From assembly GCA_964016885.1 (NCBI GenBank), contig OZ024743.1:344844001-344908000 (forward strand): a DNA stretch of 64,000 bases, written 5' to 3'. The translations under genes were made by a program, and so were the position numbers. This DNA comes from Eledone cirrhosa (Eukaryota). Under the pieces are notes generated by a model, which saw nothing but the letters and a program-made list of their open reading frames with translations, had not been told where the DNA came from and did not search any database. Each line of letters begins with the position of its first letter. The first letter of the stretch is position 1. This document shows positions 59,347-64,000 of this stretch, in pieces.

Positions 59347-60082
59347 TTGCGTGTGTATGTATGTGCATGTGTGTATCCATACATCCAGCCTACTATTTAA
59401 CTATCTGCCTAGCTATCTATCATTATGTCGGCTCCACTCGTGTATTTATTTCTGCAGCTCAGTAATCACATTAAACTTCGGACAATTTAAAAGACAGTTT
59501 TTATGTTAGTTTAGATTAGGTGACTCTTAAGTGTCCGTATTTCGAAGAGTTATCATCTTCTTCCATTTACTGTTTAAATATTTCTCGAAGTCGGTCTAAC
59601 GACGTTTGCACCACACACACTGCTACAGTGCATTGAAACTCGTTGCGGTAGTAGTATAATATAAAAACGTACGCTACTCACCAATGATTATGGTAGACAA
59701 AGCAGATTTGGACGGGGGTTGCATTCATTTAGAAGCACACATGAATTATTATCTAATTGATATAGGTAAATACATAGAGCAATGGCCAGTATTACTGCCC
59801 GGGCAGTAATATATCTATTCGGTTAGAGAGAAGGAATACTACATATACCTTATTTCAGAGTCTTTATCGCTTATGTGAGGGGAAGATTTCTGAAACTGGA
59901 GGCCAACAACATAATGAATTCCATCAAAAATAGCTAAGCATCTATGTACTAACGATGTTGTGCAACAGGACGACACATTAAGTATAGAATCAACGTAGGC
60001 CATAGCGGGATTTGAAATCAAAATCAAGTCGCAACAACCGGGAGCCGACATTCCACTGCCCGAAAATGGTACATTATTTTAT

Positions 60083-60268
60083 GGATTGGAAGAATCGGTA
60101 GAGGGTCGGACGCCATACTTTGCAGCATAGAGTTATGACCGTTTACGAATTGAGTTCAATTCCCACCGAGGTTAACTTTGTCTTTCATCTTTACGGGGTC
60201 GATAAAATATAGTACCAGTAATGTACTGATTTAATTGCTGGCCTTGTGCCAAAAGTAGAAACAATTAT
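60083..60268 (+). mobile_element. Nin-domain SINE
   Basis: Homologous to the 39177 family. Confidence 0.85.
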
Positions 60269-60442
60269 TTCATTTGCCGCGAAAGGATGAAATGCAAAGT
60301 TAATGGTGGCTAGAATTGAACTCAGAGCTAAGGGTTCTATTCAAAGATATAACGGAGCTTCTAATTCGCCTAAAAATAATTTTAAATATTTTAAAATGCA
60401 TCACATTAAAATAATTTCATGTCTATTGAGGTTACGACAGAA

Positions 60443-60632
60443 TAGTTGTTTCTACTTTTGGGCACAGGGCCAGCAATTAACCAGTACATTACTGGTACTT
60501 TATTTTATCGATCCCGCAAGGATGAAAGTCAAAGTTAACCTCGACGGGATTTGAACTCAGATCGTAAAGAGACGTAACTATGCTGGAAAGCTTGGCGTCC
60601 GACCCTCTACCGTTACTGCCAATACACCGCCC
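60443..60632 (-). mobile_element. Nin-domain SINE, inverted relative to 60083-60268
   Basis: Reverse-complement homolog. Confidence 0.85.
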
Positions 60633-60849
60633 TTTGCCTAGTATGAGGAAAATATAATAGAAGGTACTATAGTAAGTGGAGTATGTCATAGTGCGAAGTA
60701 ATAGATAGTAAGAGAAGAAGAGAGCTGAGGTAAGAGAGAGGTGCAAGTAGGAGAGAGGAATAGGGGCAAGGAGTGATAGAGAGAACTGAAGGTGGAATTA
60801 AAAGATGGAGGTATGACAAGGTAGTGATTGTGGTGGTGGTAAGATATTG

Positions 60850-61245
60850 GTGGTGATGATGGTAACAGTGATGTTCCTTATGATCGGGATTATGATAATC
60901 GTGACTGTTCCCGTGGATGGTGTACGTCACAGTCATAGTAGCCGTGATGATGATGGCGGTTGGGTTGGTGGTGATGGTGGTGGTGGTGTGGCTGATGATG
61001 GCGTTGGAGGTGAGAATATGATGATGATGATGATGATGATGATGGTGACGGGGATAATGTTAATGATGGTGGTGATGATGATGTTGATGTTGATGACGGG
61101 GATAATGGTAATGGTGGTGATGATGATGATGATGATGATGATAATGACGGGGATATTGGTAATGATGGTGATGATGATGATGATGATAATGATGATGACG
61201 ATGATGATGACGATGAGGGTGGTAATGATAACGATGATGATGGAT
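60850..61245. repeat. Degenerate (ATG/GTG)n microsatellite
   Basis: Directly visible; explains the poly-M/poly-I ORFs. Confidence 0.9.
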
Positions 61246-61919
61246 AAGTAAATCAAAGTGACATTGACGGTGAAAACAACAACAACAACCTTTAATGAAA
61301 GACCTCTGTTCATGTCTTCAGTAAAATAATTGACAGTTCAGTCGCCATATTTGTTGTTGCTCTTTTTATCTTTCTTGCTCTTTCGTTCCTTCATTTTTCT
61401 CTTCTATTTTTTTTCTTTAATATCTATCTTATTTTTTCTTTCTTTCTCTTCTTTTAATTCTTCATGTTCCGTCATTTCTCTTCGTACATTGGGGCACTGA
61501 GGGTGGTGACAGTGATTATGTGAGGATGATGGTTGTAATCTGGTGGTAGCGTGTTGTTGTTGGTGGTGGTAGTGTTAGTGGTGTCATTGCATAGGGTGGT
61601 TAGGCTGATGACGGTGAAGGCTAAAATCCAGTATGTAAAAGAAAAAAGTAGAAGGATGATTAAGGTACAAGAAAAGAAGAAAGTGTCATAAGCATATATA
61701 ACTGTCTCCATGTCTCTGTGCCATATCAATACAAGACCATATACCACTAAAACTACCACAGCAAAGAAAATATTTAAATACCAGTAGTACCATTACATGA
61801 ACTACATCCATACAGCTATCAAGCTGCTAGAAATAGTAGCCAAATTACTTCCAAAATAAACACTATAATCTTAAATGAACAACGACACCGTGGTTTGTAT
61901 GTTCCAAGGTAATAATTTT

Positions 61920-62285
61920 TACTACTTTTTGGCACAAGGCCAACAAATAGCCAGTGCATTACTGGTACTTTATTTTATCGACCGCGTAAGGATGAAACGC
62001 AAAGTTAACCTCGGCAGGATTTGAACTCTGATCATAAAGGGAGGTAACACTATGCTTCAAAGCATGGCGTCTGACCCTCTACCGATACTGCCAAATAATG
62101 ATTTCTACCATAGACACAAAGCCAGCAATTTTGGGGGCGGGGAAAGTCGATTAAATCAACCCCAATGTGCGACTGGTACTTATTTTATCGAACCCGTAAG
62201 GATGAAAGGCAAAGTAATCCTAGCCGGATTTGAACACAGACAGTGAGGGGCCGTAACTTTATGCTGTATCTCCCGATACTGCCAA
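61920..62285 (-). mobile_element. Two tandem Nin-domain SINEs
   Basis: CTGGTACTTATTTTATCGA...GGATGAAA.GCAAAGT...GGATTTGAAC twice. Confidence 0.8.
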
Positions 62286-62558
62286 CGAGATAAGAATAGC
62301 ACATGCCTCCTGTACTTTTATATACTACTATATACCAAACCTATGTATATAGTATGAAAGAAATTATCTTCTTTTCTTAAACTGTACTATTTTTCTATTC
62401 CTTTTTCTTTCCCTATCTTTCATTCTACCTTCCGATGAAAGACTAACTTCCGATACGTCAAGACTGTTTTTCTACTAATTAATCTAAAACGTATCATCAT
62501 TGTGCTGGGCATTTCTCTCATGTTGATTTTTCTCGTTAATTTCCTCATAGGTAAACAC

Positions 62559-62644
<86 letters not shown>

Positions 62645-62715
62645 GTATATATATATTAGTTACGTGTGTAACTAATATATATGTATATATATATTAGTTA
62701 CGTGTGTAACTAATA

Positions 62716-62756
<41 letters not shown>

Positions 62757-62796
62757 ATTAAAATACTGGCCGATAATACTTCTTGTTGTTTTAATT

Positions 62797-62834
62797 GCCC
62801 TGATGAGTCCTTAATAGGACGAAACATTATTGGC
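62797..62834 (+). ncRNA. Minimal hammerhead motif (stem III imperfect) in a short TA-flanked insert (~62753-62880)
   Basis: GCC-CUGAUGA-GUCC UUAAUA GGAC-GAAA-CAUUA-UU-GGC, then AATAAA. Confidence 0.7.
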
Positions 62835-62900
62835 TAATAAAGACTTTTGATGTATTGAAGGCTTCTTTGTTTTACTTTCATATATATATGTATATATATA

Positions 62901-63268
62901 TATTAGTTACGTGTGTAACAACAGTTACAGGCGGCTCTCTGTTCGAATCACTCAATGTTGTTACGAGGTCCGTCTCACGTTAGTTTGTATTCCTGTTAAT
63001 GCGTCTGTAGTGTGCAGGGTGTACACAGAGTAAATACATTGGAAGTTAGTGTTGCAGCATAAGTACAATCTTTATTGGCATATTACAATTGTTTCGATAT
63101 TGATCAGTTCGGGGTACAATCAAGATGACCGGGGCGCGACTGATTTTCGACATCTCCTCAGATATGCGAGTTTATGTGTGCGAAGACACTGTACGACGTA
63201 CTGTTCGATACTGAAACAATTGTAATATGCCAATAAAGTTTATACACATTTTGCAAAACTGACTTTGA
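62901..63268 (-). mobile_element. Solo pLTR with tail plus diverged inverted arm (~63200-63266)
   Basis: CTTTATTGGCATATTACAATTGTTTC (63070) vs GAAACAATTGTAATATGCCAATAAAG (63213). Confidence 0.75.
63078..63167 (-). ncRNA. Type I hammerhead ribozyme with extended stem II
   Basis: GCAUAU-CUGAGGA-GAUGUCGA...AUCAGU..ACUGAUCAAUAUC-GAAA-CAAUUG-UA-AUAUGC: perfect 6-bp stem I, palindromic stem III, GUA triplet, then AATAAA. Confidence 0.85.
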
Positions 63269-63287
63269 TTCCCCCCCCCCCCTCTCT

Positions 63288-63341
<54 letters not shown>

Positions 63342-63413
63342 GTGTGTGTAAAAGAAAGAGTGAGATACGTATGTATATATATTATATGTATCTATCCATA
63401 CTCACATATAGTG

Positions 63414-63475
<62 letters not shown>

Positions 63476-64000
63476 GTGGATATCTATAAATAGCTTTTTT
63501 ATAATGAAATTATACTCCATTTGGTCGGGTTGCCATAAAGTTTTCCTGTTGATCATACCTTATATGGTGTGAAATCAAACCATGGCTGACAACAAAATAT
63601 ATCAACCTCAACAAGTTTCCAATATGGCTGTTCGATGCCATACGTTGAAGCTCGAGATGTCATACATGTATTGGAGAAGGAAAAGAATCAATGTAAGGGC
63701 GACAAACTTGATGAGTTATTTCCCTTCGAAGTACTGAGAAGTATATATTACGGGTATATTGGAAGTTAGAATAGAAATAACACTAAAAAGACATCTGTGG
63801 ATGTGTCTATTACTATAGGTCATTCCGGTTGGGTGAAAGATGAACCAGAAGGTGCGTGTTCCAGAATGCAAGACAATATTTTATGAAATGAAGATAGGTT
63901 GTGAATATTTTCATGTTGGAGTTTAGATACACGTGAAGAATTGGAAACTATCTAGTGTATTCTTTAATGTAGACCTTAGATTTCTCAAGCAGGCTCCAAT

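Overview
AT-rich, repeat-saturated animal genomic DNA with no recognisable intact host gene. The tRNA-derived SINEs and the very high (TA)n/(TATG)n/(CA)n load suggest an octopod cephalopod (inference). Nearly all YIYI/MYVC/HTHT ORFs are microsatellite artefacts. The real content is: two decayed Penelope-like elements (RT + GIY-YIG); many non-coding Penelope-type pLTR/retrozyme insertions in (TA)n that carry hammerhead ribozyme motifs and are mostly arranged as divergent inverted pairs, including a 311-bp x ~6.5 tandem array; three Tx1/L1-like LINEs; R4/Dong-like RLE fragments in (CATA)n; RTE fragments; a 610-bp putative non-autonomous element; SINEs; a hAT MITE; and a Helitron-like end. The most striking signal is a pair of inverted 100-bp pLTR arms (33831-33930 / 34138-34237) carrying 24 same-strand T>C changes (A>G on the minus strand). 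This looks like an ADAR-hyper-edited RNA hairpin reverse-transcribed back into the genome. All alignments, counts and folds were done by eye.
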